A stretch of DNA of 46,839 bases, the filler included, from Jimgerdemannia flammicorona (taxonomy: Eukaryota): NCBI GenBank assembly GCA_003990765.1. It is 2 parts of 2 records of this genome, joined end to end, with 100 filler letters (N's around TTAATTAATTAA, not from the genome) between each part and the next. Parts side by side here need not be neighbours in the genome. Positions count along the whole stretch, not along the records: positions 1 to 23,371 come from RBNJ01001114.1; positions 23,472 to 46,839 come from RBNJ01001115.1. The stretch is one strand, 5' to 3'. Below, one piece after another: positions 12,772-26,400 of this stretch. The notes under the pieces are model-generated. The model saw only the letters and a program-made list of their open reading frames with translations, did no database searches and was not told where the DNA came from. Each line of letters begins with the position of its first letter. Within the stretch, counting starts at the first letter, position 1. The translations under genes and the position numbers were made by a program.

Positions 12772-15700
12772 ATGATGGACCACGAACCCATTGCGGGCAA
12801 CATCGCTTTAGATGAGGCGCATATAGACGAACCGGCGAAATACAATCACAATATCTCGGACACACCATCATCCGTCGCCGACAAGTACACAGTTGACAAT
12901 CCCTCCGACGAGCTGGCATCCCATATTGACACCGCCGACGCTAAAAGAATCCAAGACATGAGCTGCGACGAGATGTCTGCCAGGATTGCCGAGAACTTTA
13001 AGCAACTTTCCTCCATGCTTAAAACGACGCTAACGCCGTCGTCACTTTCTATTGCGGGTTCTCTTGCCACCACCCCGGACCTGTCCACTGACTCAGCCAT
13101 GACCTCACCCCTGGAGACCTCGCTTGCCGAAGAGTCATTCGACGACGAAAACACAATCGCCAAGAAAGAGGGCCTATCCGACGACGAGAAGCAGTACAAG
13201 GTCACCCGCGTTTTCAGGCGCGCGGCATCCAACGGCGACGTCGCCAAAATAAAGGATATGCTCAACAACACCCTCGTGCGCGAGTACATCAACCTCAACG
13301 CTAAGGATGAGGACGGAACGACCCCATTGATTTACGCCGCCTGCTTTGGCCATTCCGACGTCGCATTTGCACTTGTCGAGGCTGGTGCCAAGGTTGATAT
13401 CCAGGATAACTGTAAGTATCTTGGCAATATGGCCAGATGATTTTTTTTTTTTTTTTTTTTTTTTTTGAAATTTCCGCAATACCAAATTGCTAACACAAAA
13501 GCTGCAAATCTTCCCCATGTACAACGAAATCCGCAGTCGGTTGGTCTGCCCTGATGTGGGCCACAAACAACAACCACGAAGCACTCGTCAAAGTTCTCTT
13601 GGAGCACGGTGCCTCATCATCCCAAAAATCCGCCAAGGGTCGCACCGTTTTTGATTTTGTACACACAGATAATAGTAAGATTGTCGAGATCCTATCGCAC
13701 AATCCCCGCGACAGTATGTCCAGTACCTCGTCCTTCGGCGTCCCCCGCACCACTGGAAGCTCTTCCTCAGGATCTTCACATGCTGGTGACAACGATTTCT
13801 ATTTCCACAGCACGTCGGAAAACTTTGACAACTTTATGACGGAGGAGGCCGAACGTCACCGTCGACTTGTAGAAGCAGCGGCTGAGCTCGGTCTAGACGT
13901 AGATCTAGGCGAGTTTGATCCTAATTATGGGAATGATGCGGGTGAATACGGTGAGGATGGCGAGGAGATGGACCCCGACGAAGACTTGGGTTTGAATCCG
14001 ATGAACGATTTCCTATGGGATAGATGCTTGCCTGACCAGATGTTTGTGTTCTCGTCGAATGATCTGGGTTATATTCTCGATACTGTCATAAGCAACGTCA
14101 AATTGCCAGTCAAGACAAGGCAGGAGATTTGCGTTCCGGCGAACGTGCTGTTTTTGAGTGCGCGTTTCGCTCATTACTTCTCGTCTAATGAATTGGTAAA
14201 GGAGATAATGGAGGGCGCAATGCAGCGTATGACCGCTTATGTCAAGGTTAGTGAGCAGGTGTTTTAGAGACATATTTCAGACATATGATTGAATGAATGT
14301 ATGGCTCATGAAAATGGATCTCACACATATTCTTTTTAGAGCAATCCGAGGAACACTTCCGTTCTTGCGTTTTGGATCACCAATTTCACTCAACTACTAT
14401 ACTATCTCAAGAAAGACACTGGCCTTGTCGCCACTACCGGAGAATATCAATTACACTTGTCCGAACTAATTAACGAGACCTATCAGTTAATCATCGCCGA
14501 CGCCGAACGCCGCATCGATAAGATCCTTGAGCCCGCGATGCTGGAACATGAGCAGATTCCTGGGTTGGAGGAAGTGAAATTTAGCGATGACTGGCAACGG
14601 TTCTTCAAGCTCGGCAACCGTCGGTCAATGATCACACCCAACCACTCCGATCAGGCCTTTGCTTCTGGGGCGAACGGTTCCGTTGCCATGAAGCGTGCGT
14701 CGTCGGCCTCCATGATGGTGCACACTATTCGCCAGCAAAGTTTACAGAGCACGTATCAAGAAGCCCAATCTCGCCAACACTCCCCGTTCTCGCCTCGTTC
14801 CATTACCACTCTCCTCTCGTCAACTCTTCTCGTCTTGCAATCGTATGAGGTTCACCCCAGCATCATCATTCAAGTGATCGCGCAGTATTTCCACTACATA
14901 TCTTGCGAGCTTTTCAACCGAATTCTCACCACCAAAAAGTTGCTGTGCCGATCTAAAGCTCTCCAGGTCCGCATGAACATTTCGTACATCGAAGACTGGG
15001 TTCGTCACAACAACCTCCCCGCAAGCCTTGCGAGCTATTTCACGCCGCTTGTCCAATTACTGCAGCTGCTTCAGTGTCTATCACAGCTCTCCGAGCTGAC
15101 GCTGTTCATCGATACCCTCAAGAAACTGGATCAGCTTAACCCGATCCAGGTCAAGCGTTGCGTCCTCAATTATCGATATGAGGTGAACGAACCACGTGTT
15201 CCAGAGGAGATCGAGAAATATGCAATGCAGATTGCCGAGGATACCGTAAAGCACAAGCGTGCCCGGCGCCCCGGCTCCTCTGAAAGCTTCCGTCGCAGCA
15301 TTCAAACCACTTCATCGCGATCCAGCATAGTTTCTATTTCCGCTTTTCGACAACGTAGCGATAGCGTTTCCAGCTTTGCTTTGCCTGCCATGATTGCATC
15401 GCAATCGGAAAGCGCTGCCTCAACACCTAATCCTCGCAGCATAACACCTGATGAATTTTTCAACGACGGCGCCAGCGTGCGCAGTTTCGCAACAACCGCG
15501 ACGGCCACAACCTTCGCCACAAGCGGTATGATCGTCGGTGATGACGACGACGACGAAGACGACACGACAGACGTTGTGGAAACTAAAGACTCCAAGTTCT
15601 TGTTGCCTTTCTCCGTGCCTACGACGGCCAACATGCTATACATCACTGGATGGGGGCCACGATACGAGAAAGAAGGCGGCGACGGGAACGCAAGTGGATC

Positions 15701-15860
15701 GGAGGATGATAGCGAGGTATCAAAAATTCTCCGAGATGACGAGGAGAGACGGCGTAAAGCTGAATCGGAAAGGAGGAAGCGTGAGCGGGAGCGTGAAGCC
15801 GTACCAGTAATTCCGGACGATTGGATGGAGCGATTGGACAGGAATTTTGATAAGTTGTAG
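12772..15860 (+). CDS. Ankyrin-repeat + DIL (Dilute) domain protein, ~956 aa; exons 12772-13411, 13537-14246, 14340-15860
   Basis: Introns GTAAGT..GCAG and GTTAGT..TTAG join three ORFs in frame. Ankyrin repeats DEDGTTPLIYAACFGH and DNFGWSALMWATNNNH. DIL-like segment IIIQVIAQYFHYISCELFNRIL...KALQVRMNISYIEDW...LVQLLQLLQ...LNPIQVKRCVLNYRYE. The start codon is the first ATG of the frame and is not confirmed. Confidence 0.9.
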
Positions 15861-17053
15861 GATATACTGCGGTGCCGATTAAGCCACCAGAACTGAAAAC
15901 CTTCCATGTTGAAAGTTGCCGGAGTGGATGGAAGTATAGCGGAGTGAATTCTATCGGATATATCGCTAATGCGCTATGGTGTCACCGGCCAACACCTTTA
16001 TGGAAGTTGTATTTCCGGTTGTTCCGAGTCGTGACAACGGTGAAGGAACAAGATGCCTGTAAAAGTATATATTTTTATTCCCCTTGAAGATATTGTATTC
16101 GGGATCTTCAACAAAATCAAGTCCTTCATCAGTTTGTCTAGTCGTATTCAACCTTGTTTCCATTTAATCTACATGGTTGTCGCAAAGCGTTTATAGTGTG
16201 CCATAGCTCGTAGTCCTTTATTGTTTGCATTTTATACCTTTCTGTTTGTCACTGCATTTTTGTGCTTCAAATTCGTGTAATTTTCATCTGCTGCAATTTT
16301 CGTAACGAGCCAATTTGTTTTATTTCTCGATTCATGTGCTGGAGTCACAGAGTCACTATGTAGAGGTGAGCGCTCAAATTCCTGGTATTGCCTCCCAAGT
16401 CATAACCCTCTTCCATAGGCTCTCTCTCCCCACTAAAGACTTTCTTTTCTATGATTCCGACTTCCATGTTTGCCCCTTTGGATATTTTGAAGAGATGTGT
16501 GTTTTGGTTATCGCAGCATCGTGCAAATTTGTAGATAATGTATTATCAAATATATCTCGTTTGAAAGCTACATCAATGTCCAAGCTGACTGCATGGATGT
16601 AAGTGTTGGCCAAGATGACAAAGCATTAATATTTTTGCAGGAATATATTTGCCTGTGTTACAGATTAAAGGATACCCTTCAGTCTGTAGGCAAATTTGTC
16701 TGCAAAAAAAGGGAGACTGATTGGCCGTGCCATCTTGCGGTGATACGCGGCCATAATATCAACACTTACACACTCCACTTATTGCAAAGTTCAACATTTC
16801 AGGTATGTCATTTTGATATTCGTAATTTCACTCTTTGCCCAACATAAGGTTTTGGTTTTTCAAACCACTGTAGGCTAATCTCATTTCCCTATTATTATTA
16901 TTATTGGTACCTTTACCCACATGTTTGCCGTTTGCCATTCAACATTTTTAACACCCAAACCAAAAACCCACACGTGTCCATTTCAAAAAAAACCCCCGCT
17001 AAGAATATGGGAAGTTGTTTCCTATCACCAGGTCTGGGTGGCCAAGTACATGA

Positions 17054-17493
17054 ATGATCCAGAAAAGCTTTACTTTACGAAGGCGATGGTCAGTTTCAGC
17101 AAGGACGATCAATGAAATCAAAGGCAAAGGCAAGTCTTTCTTGCTTTGCGTGGCCACTTGCTTTATCCCAAAAGGAGGTGGAGCCCTTTGCTGTGCCTCC
17201 TGTAGCGCAGCAATATCACATGTCGAGCACTTTGTTAATGTATTGCTATCTCCACAACAAGGCGTTGTTTTGTGGTCGCCAGTGGAGTGGGGTTCAACAC
17301 TTCTTGGGCACTGGCTGTTTGTCTACACTATATGAGTGACCAAGGGAGTGTGTTGTGGTAGAGTAGAGTGGGGTGGGGTTGGGTTGGGGCTACCAGTGTG
17401 GTATGAAGACCATGTGTTTGTTATAGATTAGTTAATAAAGGGGCCTAGTGCTCAATTGGAAAAAAAAATAAAAATAAAAAATAAAAATAAAAA
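17054..17493 (+). mobile_element. 3' fragment of a more divergent LINE family
   Basis: ORF 17054-17335 has a CxxC...EH zinc-finger-like segment (CASCSAAISHVEHF) and GHWLFV, shared with the other ORF2 ends. It is followed by AATAAA (17434) and an A-rich tail at 17460-17493. Confidence 0.6.
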
Positions 17494-17595
17494 GAAGGCA
17501 GATGGTTGTCATAATTGTGAATAGTGTGTGGTACTTTAGAGAGAGGTAGTGTAGATGCTAAAGTATATCTTGGTAGTCTGCTCAAGTGTAGAAGG

Positions 17596-17944
17596 TTTTT
17601 TTTTTTTTATAGTTATCCACTTTATTATTTATTATCAAACCAATTTAACCTATATAATATAGTAGCCCCACCCTCTACCCAATCTCCCTAGGGGGGTTAC
17701 TCTCTATTTCTTCTCAATTAAAGGTCACCAGGCCCTTAACCATCATAATCCTCCCACCATTCTGCTCACAAATCTCCTCTATAAGACATTAGTAATAACT
17801 ACTCTGAAGGCTCCACTCCACTCATCTGTCAGATAAAACATCCCCTCTTAACTCTTTCTATCTCATCAAATACTCATTCAAACTTATCTGCTTTCTCTTC
17901 TTAAATACAAATAACCAATGTTCAGTCAACCCCACCCATACTAC
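17596..17944 (-). mobile_element. LINE 3' end, interrupted at 17944 by an LTR
   Basis: Minus strand reads VWVGLTEHWLFVFK...EEICEQNGGRIMMV...NPPREIG*, then AATAAA and an A tail. Confidence 0.85.
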
Positions 17945-19341
17945 TGTAATGAGCCAGCAAGAGAAACATACCAAGTCACTATCTGAATTAGTTACTATAA
18001 TTTAACCATATACTATATCAAATATACCAGGCAACCAGAACTACTTTACAATATCAACTTATATAAATAACCCAGATAGGAAACATTACAAATCTTGAAG
18101 GTCACCTTGAGACCTTGAAGATCACCCTGAGACCATGAAGGTCACCCCTTCCCATATATAGTAATCTATAGTTAGCCACATTGTAATAGAACGAACAGAG
18201 GAGACGCGACGGAATGATCACGTGACCCTGCGATAACGTCACAATTGAGTGTGACATACGACGAACGTAACGAACGAGACGTGAACTACACAAACGATGC
18301 AGATAAACGATATCCAGCTTAACCCCAGCAACTGGCGCCACAGCAAATCACTGCAGCAACTGATCATTACCTAACAACAAAGGTCCTGATCACAAAGGAA
18401 GTGATCACAAACTCACCCATAGTACTAAATTAGTCACTTATTCTTAGTCAGAAATTACTATAAATACCTCCAACATTTCATCAGTCCTTGATATAAGAAT
18501 CAAGTCTCCCTCCACACACACACATTCTCCTGAGTTTTAGTAATGACATCTAAGTGACTCTAGTGTTTCTGACTAAACTCCAGAAGTCTAGCCAACTTCT
18601 GCCAAAAGTGAGACTAGTATATAAATCTTACAGACTTAAGTAAACCTCTTATTGAACTTGAATTCCAAGGTGAATTCAGTCTGTGTACAGCAAAGAACAA
18701 GTCCCTTGTAACTGCAGTTATCAAGAAGAATATTGCTACTATAACTACTTTTAAGTAAGTACTTCTTCATACTAAAGACTTCTTAGTATACTTATATATT
18801 AAGTCTCTAAGTAATGTTTTATTTTTCTAATTATCCAAAGAATAAGAGAAGGGTAGAAAGAGAGTTATTACAACTTGATAGCAACAGAATTACTGAGCCA
18901 AAATGGTACTAAGAACATACTCCTGAGAAGTTAGAATAAGACCAATTCTAGATAGAAGTAACTTCAGAACTAACTATGGATTTTCAAGAAACAAATCCAC
19001 AAACCAGAGCCTATCTAGCAATTGCCACTAAGACTAAGTGATACCAGGAAAATACAGACCCAAGGCTACATCAGTTTCTGATTAATAAGATATATAGAGA
19101 TTTATACAAGGTCTTTAAGAACTACCACCTAGGCCTTAGAAATATAAGTAGCTACTATAAATTCTATATCCTTATCCATAACTACATTGGAGTTATTAAG
19201 ACTCAAGAATTTACTACTGCTACTACTTAGGAATTTTAAGCTATATATATCTTAATAGCTTCTTCTGTAGCAAGAACAGTAACTACTGAGTGAATTATAT
19301 CTGATAGATACTATCATACTCCTACTTAAACCTCTTTCTAC

Positions 19342-19344
<3 letters not shown>
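17945..19344 (+). mobile_element. LTR retrotransposon 5' end: LTR 17945-18872, decayed PBS and gag start
   Basis: Terminal inverted hexamers TGTAAT...ATTACA. TATA-like TATAAATA at ~18459. TGATAGC just after the LTR is compatible with a mutated TGGTAGC (tRNA-iMet) PBS. A homologous LTR lies inverted at 22687-23356. Confidence 0.8.
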
Positions 19345-19376
<32 letters not shown>

Positions 19377-20862
19377 TAGTCATAAGGACTTTCACTTTAT
19401 TACCAAACTATCTACAATATACTAATACAAATGAACCCCTCATCCAATCTCACTCAGAAGCTCTCTCTTTCTCTCATCATTCTCCCAAAATACTATCAAC
19501 CCTCTTGTCACCCCAATCCTCCCCCTACTTTTCCTACAGATTATCTCTATCAGTTACCTCTGATACCCCCCACCAGTACCTCTACCTCTCTTCTACCCAT
19601 TCAAAAGATCCATCATCGGCCACTCTTATCTAGTCACCCTCACTCCCACTATTAACTACTGATTCTCCTTAAATATATATAGCCAATATTCTATAAGTCT
19701 GATTCAAATTACCAGCATCTATTTTAATATCTATTACTCATCTTCCAACCCCCCCACCAGTCTCCTCTGGAGGTCACCCTACCTCTCTCTTGTCACTAAC
19801 CCTGGTGAGTACATCTTTAACTATATCTCAATCACTTTCCAAAAATCACCCATCACCTTATACTCTCTTAATTAATATTCAGAAATCTGTACCACTCCTT
19901 TCTCTTGTCTAACATTCAGATACTTTTTACACTCCTGAGTACCTTTTTCCATCAAGTAACCATCTGATAGTTCAACAATATATTATACTATAGAACTCCC
20001 CACTATACTACTTAGAACTTAGAGAGAATCAATCTTACCACCTACTTGCCCTATAGCTAAATATCATTCTAGTCTCATAATCTCCACTCTCTACCATATC
20101 ACAGGCTACATATCCCTTCCATACTTCTGAAGGTACTCCATACTATCCTCTAAACAAAAATTATCTACTAGTACCCTACTCAATAGAAGGCAATCTCACC
20201 TCTATATCTAGAGTCCCTATTTCTTCTCTCCTTTATTACTCTGCTATTGAAGACTAATATAGTGAGCTCCATCAATCACTCCCCAACAGAATCCCCTATA
20301 GTATATCCTCTGACTCCCCTCCAAAGCCACCAGAGATAGAAGATCTCCAGTTATACTCCAGGGAGAGAACTGGGCCTCCCACACCCTCTGTATGAGAAGA
20401 ACTCACTCTCTGCTCCTCAACTCACTTGTTCACTTCAGCCATCATACTTTCAAATAATGAAGATACTGGGGAAAATTCACCAGATCCAGATCTCTCTGAT
20501 TTACTGGCCAGATCAATATCTTCCAACCAATCTGACTTTGTCACTCAGCCCATATCCAGGTTTTGGCTATCTTCAATAATTACTTAATCATCTATACCAG
20601 AAAGTCCAAGTGGTACCCCAAGTACTATAGCTTAGGTAGCCAGTATATATTCAGCACTATCACTCTCTCTATCAGAGATATATAAGACTATCTCACTCTA
20701 AGAGAGTGCTCTCTCACTCTGCCAACCATTGCTCTTACTATTTGTAAGATAATAAGGAGCTATATACTGAAAGTAAATCCTCAGATAGTGAACAGCCTCT
20801 CTTGCAGAGACAATTATTCCAATCATATCCCCACCTACTATCTCTCCTCTCAACACCAAAGT

Positions 20863-20896
<34 letters not shown>

Positions 20897-22686
20897 CAAC
20901 ACCAAAGTCTCACACTTATATTAGTTGAGCTTAGTATCCAAGTACCTCTCATATCACTCTACTATACCTTTCAGTGCTGCAATATTCTCAGCTGATCCTA
21001 GCCTAATCATCATATCATTAGTGAAGGCCCCTACCTTTCAATTAACTCTCAGAATATCTAACCCTCTCACCTTTTGCCATATCCTATCCAAAAGAGATTC
21101 TAGAGACAATATATACAGGATTAGTAACAGTGGATATCTCTGCAGCACTTCTCTGCCCAGAGGAAATAAAACTCCTCTATATCTATTTATCATAATTACT
21201 GCTCAACTCTCTTCCAGCAGACTGACTAAGGTCCACCAGACCCTAGGGGGGACCCCAATATATTTTAGCACTCCTTTCAACCATACTCACCAGACTCTGT
21301 CATAGGCCTTCTCTGTCTAAGAAAACCAGCTACTCATTCACTCTAGTAGTGTAAGCTCCCTCAATGATACTATATACTCAGGACATTTTATATATCTCTG
21401 ATTAGACATCTCTCTATAAATCCTCTCTGCTCAGTCTCCAGAACCTGCTGAGCTACTCCTTATAGCCTAGCCACCAGTATCTTCATAACTAGTTTGTAAT
21501 CCATATTCAGAAGCATGATCAGCCTTCAGTTTTTCCACTTCTCTCTCCTCTCCTTATTCTTAAATAGCAGAGCCACAAGACATAAGCTCTGCCCCCCAAT
21601 CCATACCCTTGAGCTAATCACTTCATTACATATTATTGTCATTTCCTCCAGAATTATCTCAACTTCTGCTATCTTTTTCTAAAAATCCTACTATAAGCCA
21701 TCCTCTTCTGGTACTGTCTCTGAACTCATTATCATCAGTACCTACTAAATCTCTTCTCCTTGAACAGCAGTACCAAGGTCATCTAAGTCTACTGTCAGAT
21801 CAGAATATCATTCCTCTAAGTATCTGTCAATGTTCAGCACCCCTACTCCTCCATCCTCTTCACTCCACAACTGTCCTCACCATTTGCTCAACTAGTTCAG
21901 AATCTCTGGTATCTCAATAACCAACTCTCCAGTCTTATCTAAAACCCCCTCCCATTTCTGCTATACTCTTCTCACCTGTAGAAGCCATGATAAAAACTTA
22001 GTAGACCTCTCTTCCTCCTCTAATCTCTGCTACCATAGCTAGGCTACTATGCCTCTAACCTGTAGGTCCTTCTCTTGCCTCAGCATATCCTTCAGCTTCT
22101 CCATCTCTAGTCTGATCTGCTGTATTCTCCAATCTTCCTTCTTACCATCATTCAATAGATCTGCCTAAGATATCAATAACCTTGCTAACCTCTGGAAGGC
22201 TCACCTCACTTTTTTCTTTCTCTGAGTATCCTGTATCCTTCCTATCTCTCTCTAGTACTGTTGTATCTCAGATTTCAATCTCTTCTAGCAATCTCCAATT
22301 TTCAGCCTCTCTACTCTCTAATCAATTATCCTAGAGCTAATATCTACTACTCATATATCTCATAAAGAGGCCTTCTCTAGCAAAGAAGTGTTCAGATATC
22401 AATGTTCAGGCCCCTTCCCACTTCCCCCAAAATACCCCCTTTCTAGAAGATCTCAGTGATCTGATCATAGATACCAAATAGTTTCTAAAGTTCTCCAGAT
22501 ATCAACTCCCCAGTATTTAGCAGTTAATATCCAGTTAATCCTCAAGCCCAGCCCTGCCACCCAGTAGGTATAGACTCTACAATCCTCCCAGCATTCACTA
22601 ATGAGCTCAGATATTTGACTTCCTTCCAAGCTTCCATATTACTACTCCTACTCACTAACTCTCTTTCCTCATTAGTTCTGTCTATC
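19345..22686 (-). mobile_element. Heavily mutated L1/Tx1-like LINE ORF2 with poly(A) tail
   Basis: Collinear with 24600-27868. LGREVLQRYPLLLILY (= LGRGVPQGDPLSPILY) at ~21155-21110, GAFTNDM (= GAFADDM) at ~21030-21010, endonuclease SDH at ~22460. T run at 19345-19373. Confidence 0.9.
20851..20911 (-). mobile_element. Poly(A)-only insertion flanked by a 15-bp target-site duplication
   Basis: CAACACCAAAGTCTC (20851-20865) - T31 (20866-20896) - CAACACCAAAGTCTC (20897-20911). Confidence 0.85.
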
Positions 22687-23356
22687 TGTAATAACTCTCA
22701 CTTCTACCCCTCTCTTATCCTTTGGATAATTAGAGAAGTGGACTATTACTTAGGGACTTAGTACACAATATGTACCAAGAAGCCTTCAGTTTGAGGAAGT
22801 GCTCACTTATAAGTAGTTGTAGCAGTAGTACCTTCTGTTTCAAAGGTCTTTCTCTTGTGCCCTATTTCAAGAGTCTTGTTCTTTACTGTACACAGACTGA
22901 ATTCGCCTTGGAATTCAGGTTCAATAGTTTTACTTATGTCTTTGGGGATTTATATACCAGTCTCAGTTCTGGCAGAAGGTAGCTAGGCTTCTGGAGTTTA
23001 GTCAGAAACACTAGAGTCACTTAGGTGTCATTACTAAGACTCAGAGGAATGTGTGTGTATGAGGGGGACTTGATTCTTGTATCAAGGACTGAACTAAAAA
23101 CTGCTTTATTTTGGATGGAAACTGGGGAGTATTTATACAAGTTGGTCCATGATTTCTGACTAAGTATGAGTGACTAATTTGGTAACTATAGTGAGGTTTG
23201 TGATCAAGACCTTTGTCAGGTGGTTTTTGGCAAAAAACAACTTTGTGATCAGGACCTCAATTACTAGGCAATGATCAGCTGCTGTGGCAACTGTTGCTGT
23301 GGTGCCAGTTGTCAGGGATAAGCTAAATATCGTTTTTCGCGTCGTTCGTTTGCATC
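22687..23356 (-). mobile_element. Partial LTR of the same family as 17945-18872, inserted into the LINE endonuclease region
   Basis: The reverse complement aligns with ~18290-18872 and ends at the same ATTACA terminus. No PBS follows, so it is a 3' or solo LTR. It is truncated by a T run and the gap. Confidence 0.85.
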
Positions 23357-23371
23357 TTTTTTTTTTTTTTT

Positions 23372-23471
23372 NNNNNNNNNNNNNNNNNNNNNNNNNNNNN
23401 NNNNNNNNNNNNNNNTTAATTAATTAANNNNNNNNNNNNNNNNNNNNNNNNNNNNNNNNNNNNNNNNNNNN
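23372..23471. other. Assembly gap with artificial spacer
   Basis: 44 N + TTAATTAATTAA (stops in all six frames) + 44 N = exactly 100 nt. Confidence 0.95.
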
Positions 23472-26400
23472 GATGCAGGGGGCCCAGCAGGTGTGCTTTG
23501 GGGTCCCTGATGTGGCTCAAGGGGGTCAAGTGGTGGCAGTTGGCGAGGATGAGCTGGTGGATGTCCCTGAGGAGGAGTGGGATGAGGCTGCTAGTGTAGG
23601 AGCTGACACCATGATGTTGGATGCAGGGCGACTGGGGACTCTGGGAGGGAAGGAGGTGGGGAACTTGTTGTGGGTACACAAGGTGATGGATAACCTCGCA
23701 GCAGAAGCATTGGGGGAGGTAGACCTGCGGGCAATGCCTGAGGAGCATTGGGCAAGGATCCTGCATGGGGATGGAATGGTGGAAGCACTGAGGGTAGAGA
23801 TTCTGGCGATTTTGCTGGAGGAGGAGGGATATGAGGTTGACAAGGTGAGGAAGGCAGAGCTGGGGGTGGTCGCCACTGAGTGGACAGACTACTGTTAGGC
23901 AGAGCATCGGGGTCTGCAGCTCTGGCAGGAGGCATGTCTGGAGTATCGCAAGGATTTTGAGGAGCATGAGGATGGGGCAATGGTAGAACTTCTGGGAGAG
24001 TTGGAGGCATGGGAAGCTGGGGAGAGGGAACTGGCTGCTGAACTTAACTTGGACTTGGTGCAGGAGAGGCAGGGTGCCGACTTATAGAGGATGGGCTCTG
24101 ATATATATCATTATTCTTTATGAACAGTACAACCAACATTTTTTCCTTGAATGTGAATGGGCTAAGGGGATCTGGGCAGCATAGGAACATTTTTACTTGG
24201 CTCAAGGGATTGGAGGCTGATCTCTTTTTATTGCAGGATATTTGATGTGAGGATGAGGACGATTGGGCAGAGTGGACTAGGGAGTGGGGGGGGGCTGCTG
24301 CTTGGTTTAGAAAGGTAGCAATTCTGGTAAGGAAGGGCAGAGGTGACTTGGGGGGAATCAGGAGCTGGGGCAATCACTTGGTCTGGGGAGATTGGCATCG
24401 GCCAGGGTGGGAATCGGTGAAGGTGGGCTCTTGCTACTGCCCTGCAGCTAGGGGTGAGCAGATTGCATGGATTAGGGGATTGCTGGAGGAGGGTATTCTC
24501 TTGGAGGAAGGGGTCGATGTTCTCAGTGGGGACTTTAATATGGTTCAGGATCAGTGCCTGGACAGAACTTATTGAGGGAGGAGTGCCAGGGGTAGAAGTG
24601 GAGATCTGTATGCATGGGAGGAGGTGAAGATGTTGAGCTCCTTGGGGGATATGGGCAGAATGAGGTGGGGTGATACCAGGGTTTACATGCATTGGGTGAA
24701 TGGCCTGGGCACAAGGATTTACTGGATTCTGATGGCAGAGTGCTGTGGTTCAGATGTTTGGAAGGCATTGAAAGTAGAGTGGTGCCCATGGTCTGATCAC
24801 TGGGGACTAGTGGGGTAGGGGCAGTTTGGGGGGAGTGGAGATGGACCTGGACATTGGTGCCTTAACTCCTCCCTGCTGGCTGAGAAGAGGCTGTGGGACC
24901 TGTGGGTGGAGGACATTCAGGCAAAAGTTTTCATCTGGAAGCATGAGGGTTTGCCTGTGGCTGTCCGCTGGATGAGGTTGAAAGAGGCTGCAAGAGATTA
25001 TTGGGGAGAGGCAGATAGAGAGGCTGGGAGGCAGAGAAGGAGGTGCACGAGGTGTGCTTCCAGTAGGCTGAGGAGACTACAAATGGATTGGGCAGATTTG
25101 CTCACTGTTGTAGGGGTGGAGGATTGGAGGATTGAGAGGGCGAAATTGGAGATAGTGGAACTACAACAGGTGCTGAGGGGATAGGAGGAGACCCATATGC
25201 ATGGCATGGCTGCTAGGCTGTGGTGTCAGGGGCTTGAGGAGGGTGAGTGGCCTACTAGGTACTTATCGAGACTTCTCAAAGCTAAGAGAGTGTGTCATCA
25301 GTGGGATGGGGTCCTGGATGCTGATGGGAATATGGTTCATGGCACGCAACAAATCCTGGGGGTCTTGAAGGAGAGATGGCAGGGTTTGTGGAGTGAGGGA
25401 GAAGGGGGTGTGGATGAGGCAGAGATTGTGAATACACTAGATGAGTGGGGGCCACCGCAGGTTGCTGGACTGAGGGACTTGATCTTACCAGTGCAGGGGG
25501 AGGAGATCCAGAGTGTCCTGGCAGCAACTAAGCTTGGGATGGTGCCAGGGGAAGATGGATTGCCTTGGGACTTCTGGAAGAAGATGGTAAATATCCCTGG
25601 AGTGTTGGGCGAGATGGCTGATCTTTGTGACCATGTCCTTTGGAGTGGTGAGTGGGTTGGAGAGTAGGATCTGGGGCTGGTGGCCTTACTGTACAAAGAC
25701 AAGGGAAGGAGGGAAGACTGGAAGAACTGGAGGCTTATCATGCTTCTGGATATAGACAGGAAGATGGTGACTAAGGTGATTGTCACAAGGCTGCAGAAGG
25801 TTGCCCAACAGGTGCTCGGGGAGGAGCAGAGGGGCTTTGTTGGAGGTAGGCTAATAAGAGATGGGACTGCATGGGTTCATGGTGTTATTGAAGGGGCCCG
25901 GGCCTGTGGACTGGATGGAAGGTTGGTCTTTCTGGACCAGGAGAAGGCCTACAACTGTGTATGGTGGGTGTGGCTGGGAAAGGTGTTGGACCAGATTAGT
26001 GTTCCCCCAACATTTAGGGCCTCTATGTTGAGTCTGCTGGAAAGTAGTCAAGCAGCTCTGATATGTAATGGTCACTGTGGGAGGGCATTTCCCTTGGGCA
26101 GAGGAGTACCTCAGGGGGACCCTCTATCCCCGATTCTTTATGCCCTTTCACTGGAGCTGTTGATGGATAGGATTTACCAGAAGGTAGCAGGGCTCTCTAT
26201 ATATGGTATAGTGTGGAAGGTGGGGGCCTTTGCTGATGATATGGTGGTGGGACTTGGGTCTGTGGCAGATGTAGAGGCACTTCAGGAGACTGTAGAATGG
26301 TATGAGGCTCACTCAGGGGCGAAACTCAACTGGCATAAGTGTGAGACAATGGTGCTAGGGAATGGGGTAGTGGGTGGGGACATCATTGGAACAATTGTCC

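Noticed and set aside
15966..16850. Possible gene fragments with GTAAGT/GTATGT donors
   Set aside because: I could not build a coherent frame or recognise a product.
17945..23356. Inverted LTR pair as termini of one large TIR or DIRS element
   Set aside because: The copies are diverged and point toward each other. One is followed by a PBS and the other interrupts a LINE, so independent insertions explain them.
23416..23427. TTAATTAATTAA as a piggyBac TSD or biological motif, and ORF 23416..23967
   Set aside because: It is centred in an exactly 100-nt N gap and is a six-frame-stop scaffolding linker.
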